From Crocinitomicaceae bacterium (GTDB lineage Bacteria > Bacteroidota > Bacteroidia > Flavobacteriales_D > Crocinitomicaceae), in the NCBI GenBank assembly GCA_044361165.1, contig JBIKJE010000003.1, forward strand, positions 15,888-79,887: a stretch of DNA of 64,000 nucleotides, in the 5' to 3' direction. Within the stretch, counting starts at the first letter, position 1. Each line of letters opens with the position of its first letter. Below the pieces are notes generated by a model. That model was not told the DNA's origin. It ran no database searches and saw only the letters and a list, made by a program, of their open reading frames with translations. A program made the translations under genes and the position numbers. Shown here piece after piece: positions 9,651-20,200 of the stretch.

Positions 9651-10790
9651 ATGAATTTTGATTTAAACGAAAACCAAAAAATGATTGCGCAAATGGTGCG
9701 CGATTTTGCAGAAAAAGAAATCCGTCCTAACTTTATGGAATGGGATGAAACACAAGAATTTCCTGTACATGTATTCAAAAAATTAGGTGAATTAGGCTTA
9801 ATGGGCGTTTTTATTCCTGAAGAATATGGTGGTTCTGGATTTGGTTATGACGAATACATTACGGTTGTTTCTGAAATTTCAAAAGTATGTGGTTCAATAG
9901 GTTTGTCAGTTGCTGCGCACAATTCACTTTGTACAGGTCATATTTATTACCATGGGTCGGAAGCTCAAAAGAAAAAATATTTGCCTTTGTTAGCTAGCGC
10001 TGAATGGATTGGTGCATGGGGTTTAACTGAAACAGGAACTGGATCTGACGCAGGAGGAATGAATACTACTGCAGTTCTTGAAGGAAACGAGTGGGTTTTG
10101 AATGGTTCGAAAAACTTCATTACACATGGTAAATCTGGAGACGTTGCAGTTATAATTGCCCGCACTGGTGAAAAAGGAGATTCAAAAGGAATGTCTGCTT
10201 TCATTGTTGAAAAAGGTACACCTGGATTTTCTGCAGGAAAGAAAGAGAATAAAATGGGAATGCGCGCATCAGAAACATGTGAATTGATTTTTGATAATTG
10301 TCGTATCCCAGCTGAAAACTTGATCGGTGAAAAAGGAAAAGGTTTCCAACAAGCCATGCAAATTTTAGATGGTGGAAGAATTTCAATTGGCGCTTTGGCT
10401 TTAGGAATTGCAAAAGGTGCTTATGAAGCAGCAGTAAAATATTCTAAAGAAAGAGAACAATTCGGAAAACCAATCTCACAATTTCAAGCAATTGCCTTCA
10501 AATTGGCTGATATGGCAACGCAAATTGAAGCGGCAGAATTATTATTGTATCAAGCTGCATATTTGAAAAACAACAAGAAGAATTTGACAAAAGAATCAGC
10601 AATCGCGAAGTACTATGCTTCTGAAGTTGCAGTGACTGTTGCCAATGAAGCAGTTCAAATTTTTGGTGGATATGGTTATACAAAAGACTTCCCTGTTGAG
10701 AAGTTTTACCGTGATGCAAAGCTTTGTACAATTGGTGAAGGGACGTCAGAAATTCAAAAATTAGTAATTTCTAGAGAAATTTTAAAATAA
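9651..10790 (+). CDS. Acyl-CoA dehydrogenase (short/butyryl-chain-like)
   Basis: 379 aa with ACAD signatures ([50 protein letters not shown]). Confidence 0.92.
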   Translation: MNFDLNENQKMIAQMVRDFAEKEIRPNFMEWDETQEFPVHVFKKLGELGLMGVFIPEEYGGSGFGYDEYITVVSEISKVCGSIGLSVAAHNSLCTGHIYYHGSEAQKKKYLPLLASAEWIGAWGLTETGTGSDAGGMNTTAVLEGNEWVLNGSKNFITHGKSGDVAVIIARTGEKGDSKGMSAFIVEKGTPGFSAGKKENKMGMRASETCELIFDNCRIPAENLIGEKGKGFQQAMQILDGGRISIGALALGIAKGAYEAAVKYSKEREQFGKPISQFQAIAFKLADMATQIEAAELLLYQAAYLKNNKKNLTKESAIAKYYASEVAVTVANEAVQIFGGYGYTKDFPVEKFYRDAKLCTIGEGTSEIQKLVISREILK

Positions 10791-10792
10791 AC

Positions 10793-10822
10793 TTGTTTTT
10801 TCGAAAATTGGAAGTATCTTTG
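10793..10822 (+). promoter_or_regulatory. Bacteroidota-type sigma-A promoter (TTG-N19-TATCTTTG) for rpsU
   Basis: Exact match to the TTG / TAnnTTTG consensus with 19-nt spacing, 36 nt upstream of the rpsU ATG. Confidence 0.6.
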
Positions 10823-10857
10823 CAACCCAATTAGAAAGAAATTTAATAAATCAAGAT

Positions 10858-11049
10858 ATGTTAATTATTCCTGTAAAAGAAGGCGAAAACATCGAGAGAG
10901 CGCTTAAAAAATACAAAAAGAAATTCGATAAAACGAATGTAATGAAAGAATTGAGAGCTAGAAAAGAGTTCATCAAGCCTTCTGTTATCAATCGTCAAGA
11001 AAATATCAAAGCAGCTTATAAAGAAAAAATGATTTCTGCAGAAATGTAA
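10858..11049 (+). CDS. rpsU: 30S ribosomal protein S21
   Basis: 63 aa, basic, MLIIPVKEGENIERALKKYKKKFDKT... Confidence 0.93.
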   Translation: MLIIPVKEGENIERALKKYKKKFDKTNVMKELRARKEFIKPSVINRQENIKAAYKEKMISAEM

Positions 11050-11086
11050 GAAACTTTTATTCCAAAATAACGTTAAAGGAGTCTAT

Positions 11087-11980
11087 ATGGCTCCTTTTTT
11101 TGTTTTAGAAGATTTTAAAAATTACCTACTCACTGAGAAGCGGGTTTCCGACCATACAATTACAGCATACATAAACGATCTAAAACAATTTCTTGAATTT
11201 ACAAGTATCGATACGATTGAAGAATTACAAGAAGTCAATCACCAATTAATCCGATCTTGGATTGTAGAATTAATTGAATCGAATATAGATAGAAGATCTG
11301 TAAATCGCAAACTTTCAACTTTACGTTCTTTTTACAAATGGGCACAAAAGCAATCCTTGGTTGAAAATAATCCGATGCTGAAAGTTCAAGGACCAAAGCA
11401 AGAAAAAAGACTTCCCTCGTTTGCCAAACAAAGCGAAATGTCAAGCGAAAAGACACAAGCTATTTTCGGACAAGATTTTGACGGAATCAGGGATCATTTG
11501 ATTGTTGAAATGTTTTACCAAACGGGCATTCGTTTGTCTGAATTAATAGAATTAAAACAAAAAGATGTTTCTTTAAGAAATATTAAGGTTTTGGGAAAAC
11601 GCAATAAAGAACGAATAATTCCTATTACCGATGGTTTGAATGTATTGATTCAAAAATATTTAGCGTTTAAAAGTCAAATGGGGCTAGATTCAATTTATTT
11701 TTATGTTCTACAAAACGGAAATAAGTTGTATCCAAAGCTTGTTTATCGGAAAATAAATTATTACCTTGGTAGTGTAACGAATTTAGATAAAAAAAGTCCC
11801 CATGTTTTAAGACACACTTTTGCAACACATATGTTAAATAATGGTGCAGGGTTGGAAACATTAAAAGACTTATTGGGTCATGCAAATTTATCTGCAACAC
11901 AGGTTTATACGCACAATTCGTTTGCACAGTTAAACAATATTTATTCACAAGCCCATCCACGTGGGCACAAAAAAGAGTAG
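11087..11980 (+). CDS. Tyrosine recombinase, XerC/XerD family
   Basis: 297 aa. The C-terminal catalytic region is HVLRHTFATHMLNNGAGLETLKDLLGHANLSATQVYTH. The ATG lies inside the loop of the rpsU terminator hairpin, so the start is somewhat uncertain. Confidence 0.85.
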   Translation: MAPFFVLEDFKNYLLTEKRVSDHTITAYINDLKQFLEFTSIDTIEELQEVNHQLIRSWIVELIESNIDRRSVNRKLSTLRSFYKWAQKQSLVENNPMLKVQGPKQEKRLPSFAKQSEMSSEKTQAIFGQDFDGIRDHLIVEMFYQTGIRLSELIELKQKDVSLRNIKVLGKRNKERIIPITDGLNVLIQKYLAFKSQMGLDSIYFYVLQNGNKLYPKLVYRKINYYLGSVTNLDKKSPHVLRHTFATHMLNNGAGLETLKDLLGHANLSATQVYTHNSFAQLNNIYSQAHPRGHKKE

Positions 11981-11982
11981 TT

Positions 11983-12273
11983 ATGGACATTAAAATTCAT
12001 TCAATCCATTTCGATGCGGATCAAAAATTGTTAGATTACATCAAAGACAAGGTTTCGAAACTTTCATTATTTTTTGACCACATAATTGCAGGTGAGGTGT
12101 TTTTAAGATTAGATAAAAGCAGTGATAAAGAAAATAAGATTACAGAAATAAAGATTTTAATTCCTGGTAAGGAGTTGTTCGCAAAAAAACAATGCAAATC
12201 TTTTGAAGAAGCGGCAGATTTAGTCGTTGAAGCATTAAGAAAACAAGTTGTTAAGCATAAAGAAAAAGTATAG
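11983..12273 (+). CDS. hpf: Ribosome hibernation promoting factor / RaiA family (short form)
   Basis: 96 aa. It shows the typical beta-alpha-beta-beta-beta-alpha HPF pattern (MDIKIHSIHFDADQKLLDYIKDKVSKL...). Confidence 0.85.
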   Translation: MDIKIHSIHFDADQKLLDYIKDKVSKLSLFFDHIIAGEVFLRLDKSSDKENKITEIKILIPGKELFAKKQCKSFEEAADLVVEALRKQVVKHKEKV

Positions 12274-12302
12274 TTATTTATTGAAAATTAGAATATTATG
12301 AC

Positions 12303-12330
12303 GGGTGGTGTTTGACCACCCATATTTTTT
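12303..12330 (+). terminator. Rho-independent terminator after hpf
   Basis: GGGTGGT-gtttg-ACCACCC stem followed by ATATTTTTT. Confidence 0.75.
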
Positions 12331-12365
12331 GAAATAAATTTTTAAAAAAAAACTTTTAAAAAGAC

Positions 12366-12395
12366 TTGCTACAACAGAAATCTTTCATACATTTG
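12366..12395 (+). promoter_or_regulatory. Bacteroidota-type promoter (TTG-N19-TACATTTG) for the tRNA-tuf operon
   Basis: Exact consensus with exact 19-nt spacer, about 67 nt upstream of the first tRNA. Confidence 0.65.
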
Positions 12396-12461
12396 CAAAC
12401 CCAAACGGGAAAATAACACAGAAATCGTTCTTTAAAATTTTATATTACCAAATTTCAATGC

Positions 12462-12535
12462 GCCGGTGTAGCTCAGTTGGCTAGAGCAGCTGATTTGTAA
12501 TCAGCAGGTCGGGGGTTCGAGTCCCTCCACCGGCT
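12462..12535 (+). tRNA. tRNA-Thr (anticodon UGU)
   Basis: Cloverleaf folded by hand: acceptor GCCGGTG/CACCGGC, anticodon loop TT-TGT-AA, T-arm GGGGGTTCGAGTCCCTC. Confidence 0.9.
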
Positions 12536-12542
12536 CAAAAAT

Positions 12543-12624
12543 GGGGGTGTCGCATAGTGGCTATTGCAGCAGACTGTAAATCTGTCACCGTAAGGTATCG
12601 TTGGTTCGAGTCCATCCACCCCCA
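12543..12624 (+). tRNA. tRNA-Tyr (anticodon GUA), long variable arm
   Basis: Acceptor GGGGGTG/CACCCCC, anticodon loop CT-GTA-AA, long extra arm, T-loop GGTTCGAGTCC. Confidence 0.9.
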
Positions 12625-12648
12625 CAACCATTGAAATAAAAATAATAA

Positions 12649-12721
12649 GCGGGAGTAGCTCAGTTGGTAGAGCGTCAGCCTTCCAAGCTGAGGGTCGCGA
12701 GTTCGAATCTCGTCTCCCGCT
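12649..12721 (+). tRNA. tRNA-Gly (anticodon UCC)
   Basis: Acceptor GCGGGAG/CTCCCGC, anticodon loop CT-TCC-AA, T-loop GAGTTCGAATCTC. Confidence 0.9.
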
Positions 12722-12744
12722 CAATAAAGATTTTAAAGAACGAT

Positions 12745-12816
12745 GCCGGTGTAGCTCAGGGGTAGAGTGCTTCCTTGGTAAGGAAGAGGTCACGAGTTCA
12801 AATCTCGTCATTGGCT
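12745..12816 (+). tRNA. tRNA-Thr (anticodon GGU)
   Basis: Acceptor GCCGGTG/CATTGGC (two G-U pairs), anticodon loop TT-GGT-AA, T-loop GAGTTCAAATCTC. Confidence 0.88.
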
Positions 12817-12906
12817 CAGACAAAGGATTCATCCACTATTTATGGGTGAAATTTTGTATATTTAAAAGTTAGGCAATTTATTAATAACTAAGTAACAAAT
12901 AAAACA

Positions 12907-14094
12907 ATGGCTAAGGAAAATTTTAATCGTTCCAAACCACACGTTAACATCGGGACTATCGGTCACGTTGACCACGGTAAAACAACATTGACAGCTGCAA
13001 TTTCAAGCGTTCTTTCTTCAAGAGGTTTGGCAGCAGTGCGTGATTTCTCTTCAATTGACAACGCACCTGAAGAAAAAGAGCGTGGTATCACAATTAACAC
13101 ATCTCACATTGAGTATGAAACTTTAAACCGTCACTACGCACACGTAGACTGTCCAGGTCACGCGGATTACGTAAAAAACATGGTTACTGGTGCTGCTCAA
13201 ATGGACGGAGCAATCTTAGTGGTTGCTGCAACTGATGGACCAATGCCACAAACTCGTGAGCACATCCTTTTAGGTCGCCAAGTTGGTGTTCCAAGAATGG
13301 TTGTTTTCATGAACAAAGTGGACATGGTTGACGATCCAGAATTATTGGAATTGGTTGAAATGGAAATCCGTGAGTTGTTGTCTTTCTACAATTATGATGG
13401 TGATAACGCTCCAGTAATTCAAGGTTCTGCATTAGGTGCATTGAACGGAGAAGAGCAATGGGTTGCTAAAATTGACGAATTGATGGATGCAGTTGATACT
13501 TATATCGAACTTCCTCCACGTGATGTTGATAAGCCTTTCTTGATGCCAGTTGAGGATGTATTTACCATTACTGGTCGTGGTACTGTAGCAACAGGACGTA
13601 TCGAAACAGGTGTAATCAACTCTGGTGAAGCTGTAGATATCTTAGGTATGGGTGATGTTAAATTATCTTCTACTGTAACAGGTGTTGAAATGTTCCGTAA
13701 AATCTTGGATAGAGGTGAAGCAGGTGACAACGTTGGTCTTTTGTTAAGAGGTATTGAAAAATCTCAAATCAAAAGAGGAATGGTTATCGCGAAACCAGGA
13801 TCAACTACACCACACACTGATTTCAAAGCTGAGATTTATGTTTTGAAAAAAGAAGAAGGTGGACGTCACACTCCATTCCACAACAAATACCGTCCTCAGT
13901 TCTATTTCCGTACAACTGACGTTACTGGTGAAATCTTTATGACTGATGGTCGTGAGATGGTTATGCCAGGTGATAACGTAACAATCAATGTTAAATTGAT
14001 CGTACCAGTAGCAATGGATAAAGGTTTACGTTTCGCTATCCGTGAGGGTGGTAGAACAGTAGGAGCTGGACAAGTTACTGAAATCATCGCTTAA
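12907..14094 (+). CDS. tuf: Translation elongation factor Tu
   Basis: 395 aa with [18 protein letters not shown] and NKVD GTPase motifs; full-length EF-Tu. Confidence 0.99.
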   Translation: MAKENFNRSKPHVNIGTIGHVDHGKTTLTAAISSVLSSRGLAAVRDFSSIDNAPEEKERGITINTSHIEYETLNRHYAHVDCPGHADYVKNMVTGAAQMDGAILVVAATDGPMPQTREHILLGRQVGVPRMVVFMNKVDMVDDPELLELVEMEIRELLSFYNYDGDNAPVIQGSALGALNGEEQWVAKIDELMDAVDTYIELPPRDVDKPFLMPVEDVFTITGRGTVATGRIETGVINSGEAVDILGMGDVKLSSTVTGVEMFRKILDRGEAGDNVGLLLRGIEKSQIKRGMVIAKPGSTTPHTDFKAEIYVLKKEEGGRHTPFHNKYRPQFYFRTTDVTGEIFMTDGREMVMPGDNVTINVKLIVPVAMDKGLRFAIREGGRTVGAGQVTEIIA

Positions 14095-14119
14095 TAAGCA
14101 ACGATTATATAATTTTAAA

Positions 14120-14140
14120 GGGGAGTTCGCTCCCCTTTTT
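14120..14140 (+). terminator. Rho-independent terminator or attenuator after tuf
   Basis: GGGGAG-ttcg-CTCCCC stem plus TTTTT, ending 2 nt before tRNA-Trp. Confidence 0.7.
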
Positions 14141-14142
14141 AC

Positions 14143-14215
14143 GCGGGTGTAGCTCAGCTGGTAGAGTAGTGGTCTCCAAAACCATTGGTCGTGAGTTCGA
14201 ATCTTACCGCCCGCG
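14143..14215 (+). tRNA. tRNA-Trp (anticodon CCA)
   Basis: Acceptor GCGGGTG/CGCCCGC, anticodon loop CT-CCA-AA, T-loop GAGTTCGAATCTT. Confidence 0.88.
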
Positions 14216-14230
14216 CAAATACTGAGAAAA

Positions 14231-14455
14231 GTGTCGAAAATTAAAAATTATATTGACGAAACTGTCAACGAAATGGTTCACAATGTAACGTGGCCAACCT
14301 GGAAAGAATTGCAGAGCAACACCATTATTGTGGTTGTTGCTTCCGTGATTTTTGCGCTTTTGGTTTTTGTAATGGATTTCCTTTTTGGAATTTCAGCTAG
14401 CGACAAATCTTTTTGGAGAGGAGCATTAGGTTTTATTTACAATATGTTTAATTAA
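14231..14455 (+). CDS. secE: Preprotein translocase subunit SecE
   Basis: 74 aa with a GTG start and a single C-terminal TM segment. It has the conserved position between tRNA-Trp and nusG (VTWPTWKELQSNTIIVVVASVIFALLVF). Confidence 0.85.
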   Translation: MSKIKNYIDETVNEMVHNVTWPTWKELQSNTIIVVVASVIFALLVFVMDFLFGISASDKSFWRGALGFIYNMFN

Positions 14456-14460
14456 GCGTA

Positions 14461-15012
14461 ATGGGAGATATTAAAAAAAGATGGTATGTCGTTAGGTCTG
14501 TGAGCGGAAAAGAGAAAAAGGTAAAAGAATATCTTGACCTTGAAATTTCTCGTTTAAAGCTTACTGATTATGTTGACCAAGTGTTGATTCCAACTGAAAA
14601 AGTTTTCCAAATTAGAAATGGAAAGAAAATCAGTAAAGAAAAAGCATATCTTCCTGGTTATGTATTGATTGAAGCAGCTTTGGTTGGAGAAGTTCAACAC
14701 GTTATCAAAGGAATTCCAAATGTTATTGGTTTCTTGGGTACCGAAAAGGGTGGTGATCCAGTTCCAATGCGACTTTCAGAAGTGAATAGAATCCTTGGTA
14801 AAGTTGATGAATTGACAAGTACTGAGGAAGAAATGAAAATACCTTTTGTTGTTGGTGAACCAGTGAAGGTAATTGATGGACCATTTAATAACTTCAGTGG
14901 AGTTATTGATGAAATCAATGAAGAAAAGAAAAAGCTCAAAGTTATGGTGAAAATTTTTGGAAGAAAAAACCTTCTAGAATTGAGCTATATGCAAGTTGAG
15001 AAAGAAGTATAA
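14461..15012 (+). CDS. nusG: Transcription termination/antitermination factor NusG
   Basis: 183 aa with an NGN domain (WYVVRSVSGKEKKV) and a C-terminal KOW domain (GEPVKVIDGPFNNFSGVI). Confidence 0.96.
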   Translation: MGDIKKRWYVVRSVSGKEKKVKEYLDLEISRLKLTDYVDQVLIPTEKVFQIRNGKKISKEKAYLPGYVLIEAALVGEVQHVIKGIPNVIGFLGTEKGGDPVPMRLSEVNRILGKVDELTSTEEEMKIPFVVGEPVKVIDGPFNNFSGVIDEINEEKKKLKVMVKIFGRKNLLELSYMQVEKEV

Positions 15013-15094
15013 TTGTATATTAACCGCAGGAGTGGGTAAACGTCATAAAGCTTCCCGTTGGACGTCCATGATTGACTGCACAAATTATAAATAA

Positions 15095-15541
15095 ATGGCT
15101 AAAGAAGTAGCAGCATTGATCAAATTACAGATCAAAGGTGGCGCAGCCAATCCAGCTCCTCCAGTTGGTCCTGCACTAGGTGCAAAAGGGGTCAACATTA
15201 TGGAATTCTGCAAGCAGTACAATGCTAGAACGCAGGATAAGCCAGGAAAGGTTTTGCCATGTGTAATCACTGTTTACAGTGATAAATCTTTTGATTTCGT
15301 TATCAAAACGCCTCCAGCCGCGATTCAAATCTTGGAACAAGCAAAACTTAAAAAAGGTTCTGCAATGCCTAACAAAACGAAGGTAGGTTCAATGAATTGG
15401 GATCAGGTTAAAGCAATCGCAGAGGACAAAATGGCTGATTTAAATTGTTTTACAATTGACGCAGCAATGACTATGATTGCAGGAACGGCAAGAAGTATGG
15501 GTGTAACTGTTAGAGGTGGTGAAGCACCAAAAACTAAATAA
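15095..15541 (+). CDS. rplK: 50S ribosomal protein L11
   Basis: 148 aa, [35 protein letters not shown]. Confidence 0.98.
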   Translation: MAKEVAALIKLQIKGGAANPAPPVGPALGAKGVNIMEFCKQYNARTQDKPGKVLPCVITVYSDKSFDFVIKTPPAAIQILEQAKLKKGSAMPNKTKVGSMNWDQVKAIAEDKMADLNCFTIDAAMTMIAGTARSMGVTVRGGEAPKTK

Positions 15542-15551
15542 CTGTTGAGTC

Positions 15552-16247
15552 ATGGGTAGAGTATCTAAAAAGAGAAAAGAAGTTCTTGCTAAATATGATT
15601 TAGTGAAAGCTTACACCTTGGGTGAGGCATGTGATTTGGTGAAAAACATCACAACAACAAAATTCGACGCTTCTGTTGATATCAGTGTAAGATTAGGAGT
15701 TGATCCTCGTAAAGCTAATCAAATGGTACGTGGTACTGTAGCTTTGCCTCACGGAACTGGAAAGGATGTTAAAGTACTTGTACTTTGTACTCCTGACAAG
15801 GAAGCTGAAGCAATTGCAGCAGGTGCTGAGTATGTTGGGTTAGATGAATACATTGAGAAAATTAAAGGAGGTTGGACTGACATCGACGTGATTATCACAA
15901 TGCCGTCTGTTATGGGTAAAGTTGGAGCATTAGGTAGAATTCTAGGTCCTAGAAGTTTAATGCCTAATCCAAAAACTGGAACTGTAACAATGGAAGTTGG
16001 TAAAGCAGTTGAAGAAGTGAAAGCAGGTAAAATTGATTTCAAAGTAGATAAGTACGGAAATATCCATACTGCAATCGGAAAAGCTAGCTTCGAAGGAGCT
16101 AAATTGAAAGAGAATGCAATGGAATTGATCAGTGCTTTGAATAAATTGAAACCATCTGCTGCAAAAGGTACATACATCAAAAGTGTATTTATCAGTTCAA
16201 CGATGAGTCCAAGTATTAACATTGATGCTAAATCTGTGGTAGCTTAA
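15552..16247 (+). CDS. rplA: 50S ribosomal protein L1
   Basis: 231 aa, [34 protein letters not shown]. Confidence 0.98.
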   Translation: MGRVSKKRKEVLAKYDLVKAYTLGEACDLVKNITTTKFDASVDISVRLGVDPRKANQMVRGTVALPHGTGKDVKVLVLCTPDKEAEAIAAGAEYVGLDEYIEKIKGGWTDIDVIITMPSVMGKVGALGRILGPRSLMPNPKTGTVTMEVGKAVEEVKAGKIDFKVDKYGNIHTAIGKASFEGAKLKENAMELISALNKLKPSAAKGTYIKSVFISSTMSPSINIDAKSVVA

Positions 16248-16260
16248 AAACTTAGTAATT

Positions 16261-16782
16261 ATGACAAAAGAACAAAAAGCTCAGTACATAGATGAATTAG
16301 CAGCAGAATTATCCACGGCAGGTGTTTTTTACCTAGCCGACACTTCAGAATTGACTGTGGAAACAATCAATCAATTGAGAAGAAGATGTTTTCAATCAAA
16401 TATTCGCTTGAAAGTTGTGAAAAACACATTACTTTCTAAAGCAATGAATCAAGTTGAAGGAAAAGATTACGGTCAATTGCAAGAAGTTTTGGCTGGACCA
16501 ACATCTATCATGTTTTCAGAAGTAGGTAATTTACCTGCAAAAATCATCAAGGATTTCCGTAAGAAAAGTGCAAAACCAATTCTTAAAGGAGCATTCATTG
16601 ACGAAGCGATTTTCATTGGTGACAATCAACTTGATACTTTAGTTTCATTGAAAAGTAAAGAAGAATTGGTTGGAGAAATCATTGGATTGCTTCAGAGTCC
16701 TGCGAAAAATGTTATCTCTGCCCTTAAAGGTCAAGGTGGTAAAATCGCTGGAATTCTTAAAACGCTCGAGGAAAGAGCTTAA
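16261..16782 (+). CDS. rplJ: 50S ribosomal protein L10
   Basis: 173 aa, in the conserved position and size between rplA and rplL. Confidence 0.93.
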   Translation: MTKEQKAQYIDELAAELSTAGVFYLADTSELTVETINQLRRRCFQSNIRLKVVKNTLLSKAMNQVEGKDYGQLQEVLAGPTSIMFSEVGNLPAKIIKDFRKKSAKPILKGAFIDEAIFIGDNQLDTLVSLKSKEELVGEIIGLLQSPAKNVISALKGQGGKIAGILKTLEERA

Positions 16783-16833
16783 TAACTTCCAACAAATAAA
16801 TTATTGTAAAATCATTTTTTAAAATAAACAAAA

Positions 16834-17211
16834 ATGGCTGATTTAAAGCAAATCGCGGAAACGCTAGTAAACCTTACAGTTAAAGAAGTAAATGAATTGG
16901 CAACTATCCTTAAGGATGAGTACGGTATCGAGCCTGCTGCTGCTGCTGCAGTAATGGTAGCTGGTGGTGGTGCTGATGCAGGTGCTGCAGTTGAAGAAAA
17001 AACTGAGTTCGATGTAATCTTGAAAGCTGGAGGACCAAACAAACTTGCAGTAGTTAAACTTGTAAAAGAATTAACTGGTAATGGTTTGAAAGAATCTAAA
17101 GACTTAGTAGATGCTGCTCCTTCAACTTTGAAAGAGGGTATTTCTAAAGACGAAGCTGAAGCACTTAAAGCTGCCCTTGTTGAGGCAGGTGCTGAAGTTG
17201 AAGTTAAATAA
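16834..17211 (+). CDS. rplL: 50S ribosomal protein L7/L12
   Basis: 125 aa with an Ala/Gly hinge ([18 protein letters not shown]) and C-terminal [19 protein letters not shown]...EAGAEVEVK. Confidence 0.98.
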   Translation: MADLKQIAETLVNLTVKEVNELATILKDEYGIEPAAAAAVMVAGGGADAGAAVEEKTEFDVILKAGGPNKLAVVKLVKELTGNGLKESKDLVDAAPSTLKEGISKDEAEALKAALVEAGAEVEVK

Positions 17212-17226
17212 TATTTCTACTTTATA

Positions 17227-17280
17227 AACAGGGAAGGTGTCCCGACGAAATGTCGGGATGCCTATTTCTGTTTATTTATA
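17227..17280 (+). terminator. rplL-rpoB intergenic hairpin (partial terminator or attenuator)
   Basis: Inner stem TCCCGAC-gaaat-GTCGGGA nested inside outer AAACAG/CTGTTT pairing, followed by a T-rich tract. This is the position of the classical L7/L12-beta attenuator. Confidence 0.6.
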
Positions 17281-17284
17281 TTAA

Positions 17285-20200
17285 GTGCATAAAAGTCATT
17301 TTTTTGAATTAAATCTTTTAGCCTTGGCAACATCAAGCAATATAGCGACAAGAGTCAATTTTGCATCAAGCAAAAATCAATTTGAGTACCCAGATTTCTT
17401 GGATATTCAACTTAAGTCTTTTCAAGAGTTCTTTCAGTTAGAAACCACTCCTGAAAATAGAGACAGTGAAGGATTATTTAAAGTATTCTCTGAAAACTTT
17501 CCAATTACTGATACAAGAAATCAGTTCGTATTGGAATTTTTAGACTACTTCATTGATCCGCCTCGTTACACAATCGAAGAGTGTATCGAAAGAGGTTTAA
17601 CTTACAGTGTTCCACTGAAAGCTAAACTAAAATTGTATTGTACAGATCCTGAACACGAAGATTTTGAAACAATCGTTCAAGATGTGTATTTAGGTACAAT
17701 TCCTTATATGACTCCAAAAGGGTCGTTTGTAGTGAATGGTGCTGAACGTGTAATTGTTTCTCAACTACACCGTTCTCCGGGAGTTTTCTTCGGACAAAGC
17801 CGTCACGCCAATGGTACAAAATTGTATTCTGCAAGAGTAATTCCTTTCAAAGGATCTTGGATTGAGTTCGCAACAGACATTAATAATGTTATGTATGCTT
17901 ACATCGATCGTAAGAAAAAGTTACCTGTTACTACTCTTTTCCGTGCGATTGGATATGAAACTGATAAAGATATTCTAGAGATATTCGGATTAGCTGACGA
18001 AGTGAAAGCTACGAAAGTTAATTTGAAAAAATTGATCGGTAGAAAACTTGCTGCTCGTGTTTTGAAAACATGGGTGGAAGATTTCGTAGATGAAGATACA
18101 GGTGAAGTTGTATCAATTGAGCGTAATGAAGTATTAATGGATCGTGAGACTGTCATCGAAGATGCACACGTTGATTTAATTTTGGATGCTGGTGTAAAAA
18201 CAGTTATTCTTCACAAAGAAGATGTAAATACTGCAGATTACACAATTATCTACAATACGTTACAAAAAGATACATCAAATTCTGAAAAAGAAGCTGTTGA
18301 ACACATTTACCGACAATTGCGTAACGCTGAACCACCAGATTACGAAACAGCGAAAAATGTTTTTGAAAAATTATTTTTCTCTGATACTCGTTATGACCTT
18401 GGTGAAGTTGGTCGTTTCCGTTTAAATAAGAAACTTCAATTAGAAGATACAGAGACTTCTCGTGTATTGACTAAAAATGATATAATCTGTATCATTAAAT
18501 ATTTGATTGAGTTGATTAACTCAAAAGCAGATGTTGATGATATTGACCACTTATCTAATCGTCGTGTTAGAACTGTAGGTGAACAACTTTACGCTCAGTT
18601 TGGTGTAGGTTTGGCACGTATGGCTAGAACAATTCGTGAGCGTATGAACGTTCGTGATAATGAGGTCTTTACTCCAATTGACTTGATTAACGCGAAGACT
18701 TTGTCTTCTGTAATCAATTCATTCTTTGGAACTAATCAGCTTTCTCAATTCATGGATCAAACGAATCCATTGTCCGAAGTAACGCACAAACGTCGTTTGT
18801 CAGCACTAGGGCCTGGTGGACTTTCTCGTGAAAGAGCTGGATTTGAGGTTCGTGACGTTCACTACACGCACTACGGTCGTTTGTGTACAATCGAAACTCC
18901 TGAAGGTCCAAACATTGGTCTTATTTCTTCACTTTGTGTATTTGCGAAAGTAAATAAATTAGGTTTTATTGAAACTCCTTACCGTTCAGTAATTGATGGT
19001 ATCGTTCAAGTTCAAGATGAACCAGTTTATTTAACAGCTGAAGAAGAAGACGAAAAAATGATCGCTCAAGCGAATGCAAAATTAGATGACAAAGGAAACT
19101 TTGGAACAAACTTGGTAAAAGCGCGTTTTGAAGGTGATTTCCCAGTTGTTGATCCTAAAAACTTGCATTTGATGGATGTTGGGGCAAATCAAATTGCTTC
19201 AATCGCGGCTTCTTCTATTCCTTTCTTGGAACATGATGATGCCAACCGTGCCTTGATGGGATCTAACATGCAACGTCAAGCGGTTCCTTTGTTGAAACCA
19301 CATTCTCCAATCGTTGGTACTGGTATCGAAAGATTGGTAGCACGTGATTCTCGTGTGTTAATTAACGCAGAGGGTAATGGTGTTGTTGAATACGTTGATG
19401 CAAATGAAATTGCGATCAGATATGATTGGAATGAAGATGATAAATTAGTTAGTTTCGATAGTGAATTAACGCGTTATACATTAACTAAATTCCAAAAAAC
19501 GAATCAAAGTACAACTATCAACTTGAAACCAATCGTTAAGAAAGGTGATAAGGTTGAAAAAGGTCAAGTGCTTTGTGAAGGTTATGCAACTCAAGCTGGT
19601 GAATTGGCTTTAGGTCAAAACTTGAAAGTGGCTTTCATGCCATGGAAAGGTTACAACTTTGAGGATGCGATTGTAATTTCTGAGCGTGTTGTACGTGACG
19701 ATATTTTTACATCAATTCACATTGATGAATACACTTTAGAAGTACGTGATACTAAACGTGGAATGGAAGAACTAACTTCTGATATTCCCAACGTTAGTGA
19801 AGAAGCAACTAAAGATTTGGATGAAAATGGTTTGATTCGTATTGGTGCTGAAATCAAAGAAGGTGATATCCTTATTGGTAAAATCACTCCAAAAGGTGAA
19901 ACAGATCCTTCTCCAGAAGAGAAATTATTGAGAGCAATCTTTGGTGATAAAGCTGGTGACGTAAAAGATGCGTCTTTGAAAGCTGGTCCATCATTGAGAG
20001 GAGTTGTTGTTGAGAAAAAATTATTCTCAAGATCAATTAAAGATAGAAAATCTAAAGCTCAAGATAAACCAATCTTGGAATCATTGGATTCTGATTTTGA
20101 TAAAGATTTAGCTGTATTGAAAGATAAGTTGATTGAGAAGTTACTTCAAATTTTAGGAGAAACTAAATCAGCGGGTGTTTTCAATAACTTTAAAGAGGAG

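Noticed and set aside
11087-12816. Tyrosine recombinase next to a tRNA cluster as evidence of an integrated mobile element
   Set aside because: The recombinase lies upstream of the tRNAs between rpsU and hpf in a housekeeping context. I found no duplicated tRNA 3' end or att-like repeat, and the flanking genes are core. It is more likely a chromosomal Xer-type recombinase.
12473-12832. 119-aa minus-strand ORF spanning the tRNA cluster
   Set aside because: It is antisense to four well-folding tRNA genes. Its Pro/Arg/Ser-rich translation is the typical artefact of reading GC-rich tRNA sequence.
15013-15094. Possible L1-binding regulatory leader in the nusG-rplK spacer
   Set aside because: I found only short, weak pairings (GCAG/CTGC, AACG/CGTT, a GGACGTCC palindrome). 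I cannot match them to a known leader structure without a covariance-model search (cmscan against Rfam).
15749-16222. 157-aa antisense ORF inside rplA. Similar long antisense ORFs lie inside ahcY (39376-39795), murD (62405-62863), the acyl-CoA dehydrogenase gene (9965-10357), ftsZ, rpoB, rpoC and tuf.
   Set aside because: Each lies entirely within a confidently identified, highly conserved gene on the opposite strand. Their composition is low-complexity or mirror-like and none has recognisable motifs.
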